Positions 12,237-25,600 of a stretch of DNA of 64,000 nucleotides are shown piece by piece (the first letter of the stretch is position 1; each line of letters opens with the position of its first letter). The notes under the pieces were generated by a model. It was not told the DNA's origin. It did no database searches and saw only the letters and a program-made list of their open reading frames with translations. The DNA is from Heterodontus francisci (lineage: Eukaryota), in assembly GCF_036365525.1 (NCBI RefSeq), contig NW_027142279.1, positions 620,001-684,000 on the forward strand, read 5' to 3'. A program made the position numbers and the translations under genes.

Positions 12237-12694
12237 CTTCCACTGGAAGCTTATCCTGCAATTGGGAAATCAGTGGAAAGAAGACAGTTGAGTCTTGTGA
12301 GGAGCCACATGTAGACTCAAGCAAGTGATTCAGGTTTGCACAACACCTCCCTCCCTGATGGGGAACCCACGCCCCTCTCTCTACCATTGGCTGCCAGTAG
12401 TTGCTGTGGCATTTATTGGTATCATTCTGCTGCTGAGGTTGTTGTTGTATTTGCTGGTGTTTTTCTCCGACTGAGGTTGTTGAATTTGTTGGTGTTTGAA
12501 TCTCCTGCTGATCTGTTGTTGAATTTGTTGGCCTTGTTCTCCTGCTGAGGTAGTTGTTGTGTTGGTTGGTGTTTTCCCTGCTGAGGTTTTTGTTGTACTT
12601 GTTGTTTTCTTCCCTGTTTAAATTGTTGTTCAATTTGGTTTTTGCATGTTGAGGTTGTTGATGTATTTTTGGTGCGGTTATTTTCTATTTTTTA

Positions 12695-13090
12695 ATTCAT
12701 TCATGGGATTTTGGGCGATGCTGGTTGAGGTCAGCATTTATTGTCCATCCCTAATTGCCCCTTGAGAAGGTGGTGGTGAGCTGCCTTCGTGAACCACTGC
12801 AGTCCATGTAGTGTAGGTACACCCACAGTGCTGTTAGGAAGGGAGTTTCAGGATTTTGACCCAGCGACAATGAAGGAACGGTGATATAGTTCCAAGTCAC
12901 GATGGTGTGTGACTTGGAGGGGACCTTGCAGGCGGTGGTGTCCCCATGATTCTGCTGCCCTTGTCCATCTAGTTGGTAGAGGCCGCGGGTTTGGAAGGTG
13001 CTGTCGAAGGAGCCTTGGTGCATTACTGCAGTGCTTTTTGCAGCTGGTACATACTGCTTCCACTGTGCGTTGGTGGTGGTGGGAGTGAAT
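12695..13090 (-). mobile_element. Non-LTR retroelement 3' fragment, hybrid copy at the duplication junction
   Basis: Left end matches the 17610 copy; right end and flank match the 7075 copy. Confidence 0.75.
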
Positions 13091-13259
13091 ATTTAAGGTG
13101 ATGTTTGTTTAGTTAGATTCCCCCAGAAGCTGTGGTGGGATTTGACCTCCTGTGCTCTGGATTATTCAGTCGAGGCCTCTGGATTACTAGTCCCAGTAAC
13201 ATAACAGCTATACTACCATACCCCCAAAGACTGGGGGAAGGTGTATTACATCATTCCCG

Positions 13260-13581
13260 AGTTTATGCCGTGTTTCCTTGCATTCTAGTTACACTGTGTG
13301 TGTACTTGTGAGCCGCGCAGTAGTAAGTGATGTTGTCTTGTGCACGGGAGCTTTTCAAGGACAGAGTCAAAGTGTTGGCTTGAGTCTCGTGCTGGGTTTC
13401 AATCCTTTTCCTGCATTTAGATGCAGAAAGTACACTCTATCTAATCCATTCCAGGCAGTCACCAATCTGCAAGTACCAGTCCATACCAGTCATGTTGCCC
13501 TGCCCAATACTGCTGTGGAACGTGGTTATCTCCCCAGGAACCAGGGCGTTGGCCGCCGGGGACTGGAGAACCATCTAACAT
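13260..13581 (-). pseudogene. TRBV: TCR V pseudogene (family A, copy 2) with 23-RSS
   Basis: VLQSPAANALVPGE...DWYLQIGDCLEWIR*...QDNITYYCAAH; RSS CACAGTG(13298..13292)-23-GCATAAACT. Confidence 0.85.
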
Positions 13582-14127
13582 CTGACAAGATTCTTCACAC
13601 AGGATGGCAGATCAATGGGGAGAGAACGATAGAGGGTTACAGGGAGGGACAGAGGCAAAAGCAGAAGAAAGGGATTAAGAAGGAGACAAAATAATTTCCT
13701 CCAGTCACGCTGCTGCCTTCACACTTCTATTTGCTCGACAGGTTAAGCCCAATTATAAATCAGATTTATTACATTGATAAAACTATAAATGTGCCAAACC
13801 CGGAAGGATGAACACAAACCAGCTCAGTCTGCATCTGAGAAAGAGGAAAATTGGTAATGTTTAAGGATGATACTCTGTTAAAAGAATCCTAACTGCTGTT
13901 CAGATCAAGGAACAGTAAATTATTTCAGTTTGGTTGACGAGCTGATGATGTATAACAATGCATAAAGTAACTATTACGAACATTAATTTCATCAACAATG
14001 GTACCAAATGGGGATAGTGGTGTTTCCTGTCTTAAAGGTGGAAAGCAGAAATATGGAATGGCAAGGAATCATGACCAGTATCTCCGAATAACACTTCAGT
14101 ATCTTCTGTCAGCAGATCTCTAACTAG

Positions 14128-14449
14128 TTTGGTTTAGTTTAGAGATAGAGCACTGAAACAGGCCCTTCTGCCCACCGAGGCTGTGCCGACCATCAACCAC
14201 CCATTTATACGAATCCGATACTAATTCCATATTCCTACCACATTCCCACCTGTCCCTATATTCCCCTACCACCTACCTATACAAGGGGCAAATATATAAT
14301 GGCCAATTAACCTATCAACCAGCAAGTCTTTGGCATGTGGGAGGAAACCGGAGCACCCGGAGGAAACCCACGCAGACACAGGGAGAACTTGCAAACTCCA
14401 CACAGGCAGTACCCAGAATTGAACCCGGGTCGCTGGAGCTGTGAGGCTG
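14128..14449 (-). mobile_element. HE1/V-SINE, 5'-truncated
   Basis: Reverse complement of the SINE at 9451 and 33223; absent from the paralogous site near 8455. Confidence 0.85.
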
Positions 14450-16906
14450 GATCTGTGAGATTCGTTTCAGAGGAGGAGGCTCGTTATAAGCAATGTGATC
14501 AAACCGCCCCGCTACTGTGGAAACTGCAGACAATGTCGCTGGCATTGTATTCCATACAGAGCACCCTCTGGCCACATCATACCAACAAAATCTTAGAGGG
14601 CAACAGAGCTGGACAGGCAGAGGCCATCCCAGGGAACCCCACATAGGGAGAGATAAAGAACGAGTGAGAGAGAGAGGACAGCTGAGAGGGAGCAAGGGAG
14701 AGGTAGAGTGAGACAAAGACAGAGAGAGAGAGACAGACTGATCAACAAAGCCACTGAGAGATGGAATGATTCAGGGAAAATTAGTTCGAAAGAGAGAGAG
14801 AGAGAGAGATTGAGAGAACGAGTGACAGATAGAGAGAATGAGGCAATAGGAGGTGTAGAGACAGACAGGGAGAGACAGAGACAGAGCGACACAGAGGCAG
14901 AAAATGAGAGGAGATTGTAAGAATTAATGAGAGAGAGAGAGAGAATAAGAGTGAGTGTGTGTGAGAGAGAAATGGAGACAGACAGCAAGAGTAAGCAAGG
15001 AAATGAGAGGCGAGAAAGAGAGGGGAAGGAAAGAAGAGAGTGAGATAAAGAGAGAGAATGAGATTGGGTGCGTGTGTGAGAGACAGAAAGAGCAACAGAG
15101 CAGAGAGGAAATGAGAGAAGGAAGGAGAGACAGTGATAAAGAGAGAGAATGAGAATGTGTGAGAGAGGAAAGATAACAAGAGCAACAGAGAGAGAGAGAA
15201 ACAGACATGAAGAGAGAGAGCCAAGAAACAATTTTACTGAACAATGTTAACCTTTTTAAAAAATCAATATTGGTGAAGTCTGCTGTTCCCCTGGAGGAGA
15301 AACCCCCCACCAAAATACAAAAACAACGGCAGCAGAATAAAAATACGAACAAATTGAACAATAACTTCAACAGGAGGAAAGAAAAACAACAATAAATTCA
15401 ATAACAACCTCAACAAGAAAGACACAAACAAATTCAAAAACAACCTCAACAGGAAATAGCACAAATAAATACAACAACTTAAAGAGGAAAAAGCACCAAC
15501 AAATTCAACAACAACTTCAGCAGGAAAAGCACCAACAAGTTCAACAACAAATTCAAATGGGAAAATACCAACAAATTCAACAACAACTTTAACAGGAGAA
15601 AAACACCTCCAAGTTCAACAACAAACTCAACAGGAAAAACGCCAACAAATTCAACAACAACCTCAACAGGAAAAACAGCAACAAAGTCAACAACTTCAGC
15701 GGGAGGAAACACCAACAAAGTCAACAACAACTTCAGCAGGAGAAAAACAGCAAATTCAACAGAAACTTCAGCAGGAGAAAAACACCAACAGATTCAACAA
15801 CAACTTCAGCAGGATCTGCACGTTGTCTGTTCATGGGATCTTGCCTTTTAGAAAGTGACTGCCACTGTTCCTACATTACAGCAGTGGCCGTACTTCGAAA
15901 CAGTAGCAAAGAATATGGGAATAGCAAAACATGCGAGATCTTGGGCTTCATAAATAGAGCCATTGAGTGCAAAAACTGGGAAGTTATGCTGAACCTTTAT
16001 AAAGCTCTGGTTAGGCCACAACTGCAAACTTGCATCCAGTTCTGGTCACCACACTTTAGGAAGGAGGTGAGGTTCCTTGAGAGGGTGCAGAGGAGATTTA
16101 CCAGAATCGTTCCAGGAATGGAGGATTTTAGTTACAAGGTTAGGTTGGAGAAGCTGGGGTTGTTCTCCCTGGAGAAACTGAGATTGCGTGGAGACCTGAT
16201 AGAGGTGTACAAGATTGTGACAGGTTTAGATAAAGATTACAAAGAAAAGCTGCTCCTCACCCAGGAGTCAGTCCCCAGCTCCACTGACTAGTCCCACAGT
16301 GTTGGTGTTCCTGCTCTTCGCTCCAGCTGCAAGGAATTTACAGCCCGACACGTCCTTGCCGACCTTTTTGGTCCACACGAACGTCGTTCCACGCCCTCTT
16401 CATCTCGCCCCCAGCCACATCTCCTTCTGTTCCTCTCTCCCTCATGTCCTATCCAACTGCCCCCCTCCCCCCCAGCTTAAATACATCTTCCCTATTCCTT
16501 TCATCCTGTGGTACTGAGTTCCACATTCTCCCCACTCTCTGGGTGAAGATGTTTCTCTCAAATTTCCAATTGGATGTTTTGGTGACTGTATTATATTGAC
16601 GCACCTGCCCCGTTTTTACTGGTCTCACCCGCAAATGCAAACATTTTTCTCTACATTTATCTGATCAAGACCCCTTTCATCATCTTAAATAGCTCGATCA
16701 GGTCACTCCTCAGCCTTCTCTTTTCTAGAGAAAAGAGCCCCAGTCTGTTCAGTCTTTTCCTGATCATTATAACCTCTCACTTCTCGTATCATCCCTGAAC
16801 ATCTTTCTGTGTCTTCTTCATGTCGAAGACATGTTCACACTGCAGTAGGTAAACCCAACAGGATACAGAGCTGCAGGCTTTTATCTGAAACAGGTGTTTC
16901 TGTTGG

Positions 16907-17135
16907 TGTTTTTGTTGAACTGCTCCATCTCTCTGAGTCACTGTGCAGACTCCAGGCACAGCAATGCATGGCCGAGTGATTCTCCCACAGGCTGGAGGAC
17001 TCCAGGTTGAACTGGGCGTCAGTCGGTCACTTGGCGCTGAAACCCCCCACCGTCCCCTCTGAAATCACACTTGGTACAGCTGGGGAGTAAAACATTATTT
17101 TGAAATAAGACCATGAGACTCAGTAACAGATACAT
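16907..17135 (-). pseudogene. TRBV: Internally deleted TRBV30-like V pseudogene (leader fused to the 3' half of V)
   Basis: Leader ATG at 17135 runs directly into MFYSPAVPSVISEGTVGGFSAK*...CAWSL; RSS CACAGTG(16945..16939)-23-ACAAAAACA. Confidence 0.88.
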
Positions 17136-17609
17136 CTTCCACTGGAAGCTTATCCTGCAATTGGAAAATCAGTGGAAAGAAGAGAGTTGAGTCTTGTGAG
17201 AAGCCACATGAAGATTCAAGCAAGTGATTCAGGTTTGCACAACACCTCCCTCCCTGATGGGAAACCCACGCCCCTCTCTCTACCATTGGCTGCCAGTAGT
17301 TGTTGTTGCATTTGTTGGTATAATTTTGAAGTTGTTGTTGTATTTGTTATTGTATTTGCTGGTGTTGTTCTCCAACTGAGGTTGTTGAATTTGCTGGTGT
17401 TTGAATCTCCTGCTGATCTGTTGTTGAATTTGTTGACGCTGTTCTCCTGCTGAGGTAGTTGTTGTTTTTGTTGGTGTTTTCCCTGCTGAGGTTTTTGTCG
17501 TACTTCTTGTTTCCTTCCCTGCTTAAGTTGTTGAATTTTTTTTATGTTGAGGTTGTTGTTTTAATTTGCAGTTTTTTTCCCTGCTGAGGTTATTTTCCGT
17601 TTTTTAGCT

Positions 17610-18710
17610 CATTCATGGGATTTTGGGCGATGCTGGTTGAGGCCAACAATTATTGTCCATCCCTAATTGCCCCTTGAGAAGGTGGTGGTGAGCTGCCTTC
17701 TTGAACCGCTGCAGTCCATGTGGGGTGGGTACACCCACAGTGCTGTTAGGAAGGGAGTTCCAGGATTTTGACCCACAGTTAGTGAAGGAACAGCCGATAT
17801 AGTTCCAAGTCAGGATGGTGTGTGACTTGGAGGGGAACCTGCAAGTGGTGGTGTTCCCATGCATCTGCTGCCCTTGTCCTTCTAGGTGGTAGAGGTTACG
17901 GGTTTGGAAGGTGTTGACGGAGGGAGCCTTGGTGCATTGCTGCAGTCGATCTTGTAGATGGTACACACTGCTGACACTATGCATCAGTGGTTGAGGGAGT
18001 GAATGTTTGTAGATGGGGTGCCAATCAAGCGGGCTGCTTTGTCCCGGATGGTGTCGAGCTTCTTGAGTGTTGTTGGAGCTGCACCCATCCAGGCAAATGG
18101 ACAGTATTCCATCACACTCCTGACTTGTGCCTTGTGGATGGTGGACAGGCTTTGGGGAGTCAGGAGGCGAGTTACTCGCCGCATGATTCCTAGCCTCTGA
18201 CCTGCTCTTGTAGCCACAGTATTTATACGGCTACTCCAGTTCAGATTCTGTTCAATGGCAATCCCCAGGATGTTGATAGTGGGGGATTCAGCGATGGTAA
18301 TGCCATTGAATGTCAAAGGGAGATGGTTATATTCTCTCCTGTTGTAGATGGTCAATGCATGGCACTTGTGTGGTGCGAATGTCAGGATTATCAGCCCAAG
18401 CCTGGATGTTGTCCAGGTCTTGCTACATCTGAACACGGGCTGCTTCAGAATCTGAGCTGTCGCAAATGATGCTGAACATTGTGAAATCATCAGTGAACAT
18501 CCCCACTCTGAGCTTATGATTGAAGGGAATTTCATTTATGAAGCAGTTGGAGATGGTGGAACAGGACGTACCCGGGGATGGCGATAGCGAGCTCTGTGAC
18601 ATTGTCTGCAAGGCATGATTCCCTGAGTATGACTATGTCAGGTTGTTGCTTGACAGCTCTCCCAACCTTGGCACAAGGCCCGAAATGTTGGTAAGGAGGA
18701 CCGTGCAGAT
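17610..18710 (-). mobile_element. Non-LTR retrotransposon RT C-terminal fragment
   Basis: ORF 17984..18535 ILGIAIEQNLNWSSRI...KAQVRSVMEYCPFAW...LDTIRDKAARLIG. Confidence 0.85.
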
Positions 18711-18949
18711 TCAACATGTTGTTGCATCTGCTGCTGTTTTTCACCTGCTGAAGTTGTCTTTGTTGCTTTTCTCCTCCTGACGCACTTCTTGAATTCTGTT
18801 GGTGTTTTTTTCTCCTCCTGACATTGGTTGGTGAGCTTTTGTTTGCCAACGTTGCTTCTGAATTTGTTGGTGTTTTCCCCCGCTGAGGCTGTTGTTGAAT
18901 GTGTTGATGCTTTTCGTGCTGAGGTTTTTGTTGTATTTGTTGTATTGCC

Positions 18950-19600
18950 CGGAGGAGGTTACAGAGATAGGGAGGGTTGTAGGGCTGGAGGAGGTTACAG
19001 TGAAAGGGAGTATTGTAGGGGTTGGAGGAAGTTACAGAGATAGGAAGGGTTGTAGGTCTGGAGGAGGTTACAGCGATAGGGAGGGTTGTAGGGCTGGAGG
19101 AGGTGACAGAGATAGGGAGTATTGTAGGGGCTGGAGGAAGTTACAGAGATAGGGAGGGTTGTAGGGATGGAGGATGTTACAGAGATAGGGAGGGTTGTAG
19201 GGCTGGAGGAGGTTTCAGAGATAGAGAGGATTGTCGGGGCTGGAGGAGGTTACAGAGACAGGGAGGGTTGTTGAGCTGGAGAAGGTTACAGAGATAGGGA
19301 AGATTGTGGGGGCTGGAGGAGGGAACAGAGATAGGGAGGGTTGTCGGGGCTGGACGAAGTTACAGAAATAAGGAAGTTTGTTGGGGGCTGGAGGGGGTTA
19401 CATCGATAGGGAACGTTGTCGGGTCAGGAGGAGGTTACTGAAACAGGGAAGCTTGTAGGGGGCTGGAGGGGGTTACGGAGATAGGGAGGGTTGCAGTACC
19501 TTAAGCAGGATACAGACATAGGGAGGATTGGAGGAGCTGGAGGAGGTTACAGAGATAGGGAGGGTTGTAGGGGCTGGAGGAGGTTACAGAGACAGGGATA
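18950..19600. repeat. G-rich minisatellite, ~36-37-bp unit (ggaggaggttacagagatagggagggttgtagggct)
   Basis: Tandem repetition; same family at 41230-42370. Confidence 0.9.
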
Positions 19601-20459
19601 ATTGTCACTGTTCATCGAGTGTACTCAGTGTTAACCCCAGTATCATTCTGGTGAATCTCAGCTGTATCTGGTCCAAGGCAAACAGCTGCTTGTTGAGGAA
19701 GGTGCCCAGACTGTGTGCAATATTCCAAATGTAGTCTAACCAGAGCCTCCTACAACTGTGGCATTACCTCCAAACCCTTTGTATTGTAGCTTCTTCCATT
19801 AATCACACGTTCCATAATGCATGACTGGATGCACGCATACACCACACACACTCTCCCAACACTCTCTCCCCCACCCCCTCTCTCTCCTCAGTTTGTTTGA
19901 CTATGTTGTTAGTTGTGCATCTTTGTCCTTCAGCTGATCGTATCTGTGCCTCTGATAAGAAGAGTCTATTGTTCTCAGTCCTTGACAAACACAACAGCTT
20001 CCTGCTTTGCAAAAGTTGACATTTTCCCAGTTGACACACGGCACAACATTCAAATCTGTTAGTCCCAGGGAATGCAAATATCAAAGCCGGCTCAGAAGAG
20101 CTAATGGGCCCATTGTGGGACTGAATGAATATCTGACAACCTGGCATGGACTCAGGGGCACTGACAGAATCAGCAATCCAGTGAGAATGGAAACTGTGGA
20201 AACTATCAGGGACGAGGAGTTGGACATGGGCTGGTTGGAACTGAGATGCACATTCAGACACCCCTTTTCACAGGCAGTGTAACATTGAGTAACAATGTGC
20301 TGCAAGGTGATTGTGATTACTGAGGGGACAGTGACATTGTGATTCTGTCACAGGAATATTATCTGGAGCCCTGGACTGACTGCACTGCCCAATGTGCTAA
20401 TGATCTGACAGAGAAATGTGGGGACAGACGAATCTCACCCACATCAGAAACAAATCCTA

Positions 20460-21100
20460 GAATAGTACAACAGAGGGAGGCCATTCGGGCCATCGAGGGG
20501 TTGTCATCTCTTTCGAAAATCAACCCAGTTAATCCAACTCCCCTCTCTTTCACCATTTCCCTCATTTAATTCCCCTTCAAATATTGAGCCAATTCCCTTT
20601 TTGAATAATACCATTGAATTTCCACCACCCTATCAGACATTGCCCTCCAAATCCAAACCACTCATGATATTAAAAAACATTTATCCTCATGTCACCTCTG
20701 GTACCTTTGCCCATCACATTAAAGCTGTGCCCTCTGGTGATCTATCGAATCTCCCCTTAACCTTCTCTGCTCTGAGGAGAACGTCCCTTTCTAGCCCAGT
20801 CTTTTTACTTGACTGAAATTCCTCACCAACTGAACCATCCGAGAAAATCTCTTCTGCAACCTCTCCAAAGCCTACAGGTGTTTCCTAAAGTGTGGTGCCC
20901 AGAATTGTACCAAAAGGGACCGAACTGGTGTTTTATACAGGTTTGGCATGACTCCCGGACTTTTGTACTCGACCTCTCTATTTACAAAGCCCAGACTGTA
21001 ATATGATTTATTAATCGCTTTCTCAACCTACCCTGTCACCTTTAAATATTCCTGCACAAGCATCCCCCAGGTCTCTCTGTTCTTGCACCACTTCACAAAT
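20460..21100 (-). mobile_element. Degenerate CR1 LINE 3' fragment
   Basis: ggaggccattcgggccatcgag tail and cctaaagtgtggtgcccagaa are reverse-strand CR1 motifs. Confidence 0.65.
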
Positions 21101-22025
21101 TGTATTGTTTCATCTCTCCTCATTCTCGCAGTCAAAATCAAACATATCAAAGACTAATCCCACCCATATCTGGGACAAATTACCTGCTTATTATTATTCG
21201 GTCAGTCATGGACAATGGTCTGCCAGTAACTCTATAAAGTTTACATACAACACTTTTCCTTCCATAAAACAACATCCTGGGTGTTTCTTATATTGAAGTT
21301 TATACCTGAAGCCCACTGCTATCCCAATGTTAGCAGTTGAGGAGCATTCAGTGACTGAGACATTAACATTTGGTCAGGGACCCCTCACAATATCCCATGT
21401 CCTGAATACTCAAACACTCTCTCACTGAGAAATTTATGTCCTCCTCATTCTGGTTTGTATGTGTTACTAACGCTGTATCTGTGCTATTTCGGAGATGGTA
21501 TCACTGTCGCTGATGTGAGGATTTCATTGTTCTCATTCTGTGACTATATTCTGAAAAACAGAATCATTTACTTTAACCCCAACGACCTCAAGGAGGAAAA
21601 TGGATGTCCGATCATTTGTCTCTCCGGAACATCTTGTTTCTCTGCCCCCTCTCATCATCCCCCCAATACTGACCCACTACTGATAAGAGAGGCATGTCTC
21701 CTGTGAATATTCTCTCCCTAATACTTAATGCCTATGAAAGATCAAATATACACAGCCAACTGGCAAATACTAACTTTAATATTCAGAGTCCCAGCCCCAG
21801 GCTCCAATCTCCCTACACACTCTCTGTTGGGTAACTGAAGACAAGTTATGTTACAACAGCAAAGCCCCGTGGGTTAGCATGGTCCCAGGAGAAATATTAA
21901 TTTGGTTTATTATGGCAGCTACTTTAACCAAAAGGCCTTCGTTTGCATAGATTATGTAATGTCATTCATCATTACTAAATGTTAATATTTCAGCCAACCA
22001 GCACTGCAGTCAATCCGTCGTGGTG

Positions 22026-22155
22026 TATATAGGAGTTGGAGCTGACACTGAGACTGACACTGTTCACAGCAGAGTGGACCCGAGACTGAGGAGCAAGCAG
22101 CTGGAACTGAACCGACAACATCTCCCACCCAGTGACACCTCCATTGGAGACTCTG
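22026..22155 (+). promoter_or_regulatory. Putative TATA box and non-coding first exon of the D10C gene
   Basis: TATATA at 22026..22031; strong donor G|GTAAG at 22156; matching acceptor tttccag ends at 22605. Confidence 0.45.
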
Positions 22156-22620
22156 GTAAGCAGTCGGGTATGGGAGGACTGTTAGAAAAAGCAAAGGAGT
22201 TTGTCACTTGCTAGGTATTGACCCAGGGGGTGTGTGTCCTGCTTCTCCTGAAACAACACCATCTTCATGAATAACCTTTGTCAGAAATTCAAAGAGGTTT
22301 GTTTCAGGGATGCAGGAGACAGACCTCGGAGGAGAGAGTCAGGAACACATGTGGTTTATTCATAAAAGCTTTGGAGAGTGGAAAGGGTGAAGGATTGGAG
22401 TCAAGTTCCTGATGTTTAACAAGAACATGTAGCTGAGCTCACCTCTGTCTGTAAGAGCCCCAGTGAGAGAGAGATAATTAGATGGAGCTCACCTCTCTAA
22501 AACAGATATACTGACGAACTCCTCGGCAACTCCCTATTTAATATTCCCTCCAATTCCCTACTCGGTCATCTCTCTCAAATGTTTGTCTTGTGTTTCCCTT
22601 TCCAGAATCTCACCAGTAAG

Positions 22621-25600
22621 ATGTGGACTCTGCTGATCATTCTGGGTTACCTGAGTGAGTAACTTTCATTCTCGACAAAGTTCACCCCCAGTACAACTAG
22701 AACAAGCTGTGTTTATTCATACCGTTACATAGAATAATCTCCCAAGATGTTGCACAGAAATCTGATTGAAGAAATGTCTGACACAGCAGGAAAGGAGATG
22801 ACTGGAGGGCTGACTGTTAGTTTAAAAGAGCAGACGGAGGTGGAGAGGCAGAAAGGTTTAGGAGGCTAGACATCTTGAAGCCACATCAGACACTGCTGGA
22901 GGAAAGGGAGTGGAGGGAATTTATACAGGAGGCTTGGGTCAGAGAAACAGAGAGTTGGTGAAGATTACAGAAATGTGGTGGGAGAGGGCGGGAGAGGTCA
23001 TGAAAGAATTTGAACAGGAAGATGGAAGTTGTACATCAAAGGCGTTTGCAGCTGTGAACCAATGTGGGTCAGAGAGCACAGGGCTGATGTATGACTTAAA
23101 CTTTCTGCAAGATAACATGCAACAGCAGTGTGTTGGAGGAGACCTGACTTCTGGAAAGTGGAAGCTGGGAGGCTGGCCAGGAGTGGATTAGAAGATTTGA
23201 TTCTCCAGAAGGTAGAGGGTTTTTGGTAGAGGATTGGCTGAGGCAAAATCTGTGATGGTGGATATTACGGAGGTTGTAATTGGATGTCCTTGTGATGAGG
23301 AGGCGACAGGGAAGGAAGCTGGGCACAGTCGGAAGCTGATGAGAAATTGGAGAGGGACAAGATAGATTCTCGGGATACCCTAGAGGTAACAGTGCTGGAG
23401 TGGGTAAGGAAGACACTGCAGGAGACTCTCTGGCTGAGACTAGACTGGGTTGAGTGGAAATAGGCCAGAGCAGTTCCACCCAGCTGGACATGGAAGGAGA
23501 GGTGTTGGCGATGGATAGTGTGGTGAATTGTGTCAAAGACTGCCGACAATTCGAGAAGGATGATCAGAAACAGTATTCCTGACTTGGCTCTTGCAGCTTC
23601 TCTGCTGCTCAAACCCTTTAGCAGTACTTTGGTACCTCTAGACTTGACTATTCCAAAGATCTCCTGGCTGATCTCTCACATTCCACCTTCTGTACATTTT
23701 GGTCATCCAGTATGATACTGCCCAAGTCCAGTTCACCTTTCATCTCCGTGCTCACTGACCTACACTGGCTCCCGGTTCAGCAAGGCCTGGATTTCAATAT
23801 TCTCACAATCGTTTCCAGATCCTTCTATCACCTCGCCGTTCCCTACCGCTGAAAGCATCTCCAGCCCCACAACCCTCGGAGATCTCTGCGCTCCTCTAAT
23901 TCAGGCCTCTTGAGTATTCCCGATTCGAATCCCTTCCACCATTGGCAGCTGTGCCTTCACCTGCCGAGGCTTAACGCTATGGAATTCTCTCCCTCAACTT
24001 CTCCGTCTCTCCACCTCTCTTTCCGCCTTTCAGACACTCCTTAAAACCTACCTATTTGACATAGCATTTGGCCACCTGCCCGACCAGCTGCTTCTGTGGA
24101 TCGGTGTCAGTTCGGGATGGTAACACACCGATGAAGTGCTTTGGGACATTTTATTACATCAAAGGCAGTACATAAACGCAGGTTGTTGTTGGTTTTGAGA
24201 CTACACGTTCCCTCTGCAGGACCCACCAGTCACACTGGGTCGCTTGTGCTCCACCTGGCAGTTCTCGCTCCTCCTCCACTTTACATCTTTCCTACTGGGA
24301 TGAAGTGAAGCTGAGATATTTACTGCTTTCTGTGACCTGAGAGCTGGTGGTTAATCTAGAATAGGGAGGACTGTCTGTGAACAGCGAGTTAGAGGGGGAG
24401 GCTGAGCTGGGAGACAGATGGAAACCCAGTTTAGAGAAGGAGGACATTTTCCAGCTTTAATCTGGGGGGTTTCGACCAGGGCGGAGGGTGAAACTGAGAT
24501 GATTGGTATTTCGGGAGGGTACAAGGCGCTGTGTAACATTAACTGTACTTTATATTAACATTAAACATCTTTCTGTCACTCAGTCACAGACTCCACACTC
24601 ACTGACCCGTGTGTAAATCACACAGTCCTGGACCAGCCCTGGAGGAGCATCGATTGTGATGTCACTGTGGGCTCCGGTCAGGAGAAGTGTGATGATAATC
24701 TTGCTCAAGGATGGTACAGATTTAAAAGGTAATGTAAAGGAACAAATTCTGGGTAAATCAGTTAATGAGGGAGGAGTAATGGATTTCCCCCAGTTTCTGG
24801 CACTATCTGTTGTTCCCAGTCTCTCGAACAGTTAATATTTACCATCAGTTCAGGGACTGACTCTGTGATTATTGTTTCAGTTCTGGTGGATGGAAGATTC
24901 CGGACACTGTTGTCCCAGATTTTCACTGCTCCACACGTGCCACAGGCTGGTTACAGGGTAATTTCCGTCTTTAAAATATCAGATTTACATTCACTGTCCA
25001 GCACTGTTCACGTGGGTTACATTCTTCAATATTTATAAACTCTCATTTCAGGTTCCCATCCCAGTGTGGGACAGGGGGAAGTAACGAGGACAGTTTGTTT
25101 TAACAAGGCTGGAAATCGCTGTCACTGGACCCAGGAAATAAAGATCAAAAACTGCAGCAGTTATTTTGTTTATGAGTTGAAGCCTCCACCCGACTGTAAC
25201 GCTGCTTATTGTACAGGTAGATTGCTGTTTGTATATGGTGCAGATGGGTGATTCTGGGATGTCCCGTGTCTCCCATAGAAATGAGACAGTTTACTCACTG
25301 CCCTCCTTTTTGTAAGGGACACAGTGAATATAGGATCTGTAAAACAGAGTGAACTCTTCACTAAAACTCTCGGGAACTGAACTAGACGCTCGCTGTCTGG
25401 AGAGAGGGCTGGCATGTCTGGGTAGTATTCTGTCAGGTCTGCAATTGAGGAGATTCATGTTTTCTGGTGAGTGTCAGACACAGCAGCAGGATCCTGACAG
25501 ACTCTATCTGAAGGGCAGTCACTCTCACCTCACCTCTTGAGTTCAGCTCTTTTGTCCATGTTTGAACCACACTGTAATGAGGTCAGGAGCTGAGTGACCC

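Noticed and set aside
20072-20079. Octamer ATGCAAAT (also ~35781, and ATTTGCAT at 40627)
   Set aside because: No leader exon or V nearby; a few hits are expected by chance in 64 kb.
19803-20305. Non-repetitive overlapping ORFs near 20 kb
   Set aside because: No recognisable domain or consistent splice structure.
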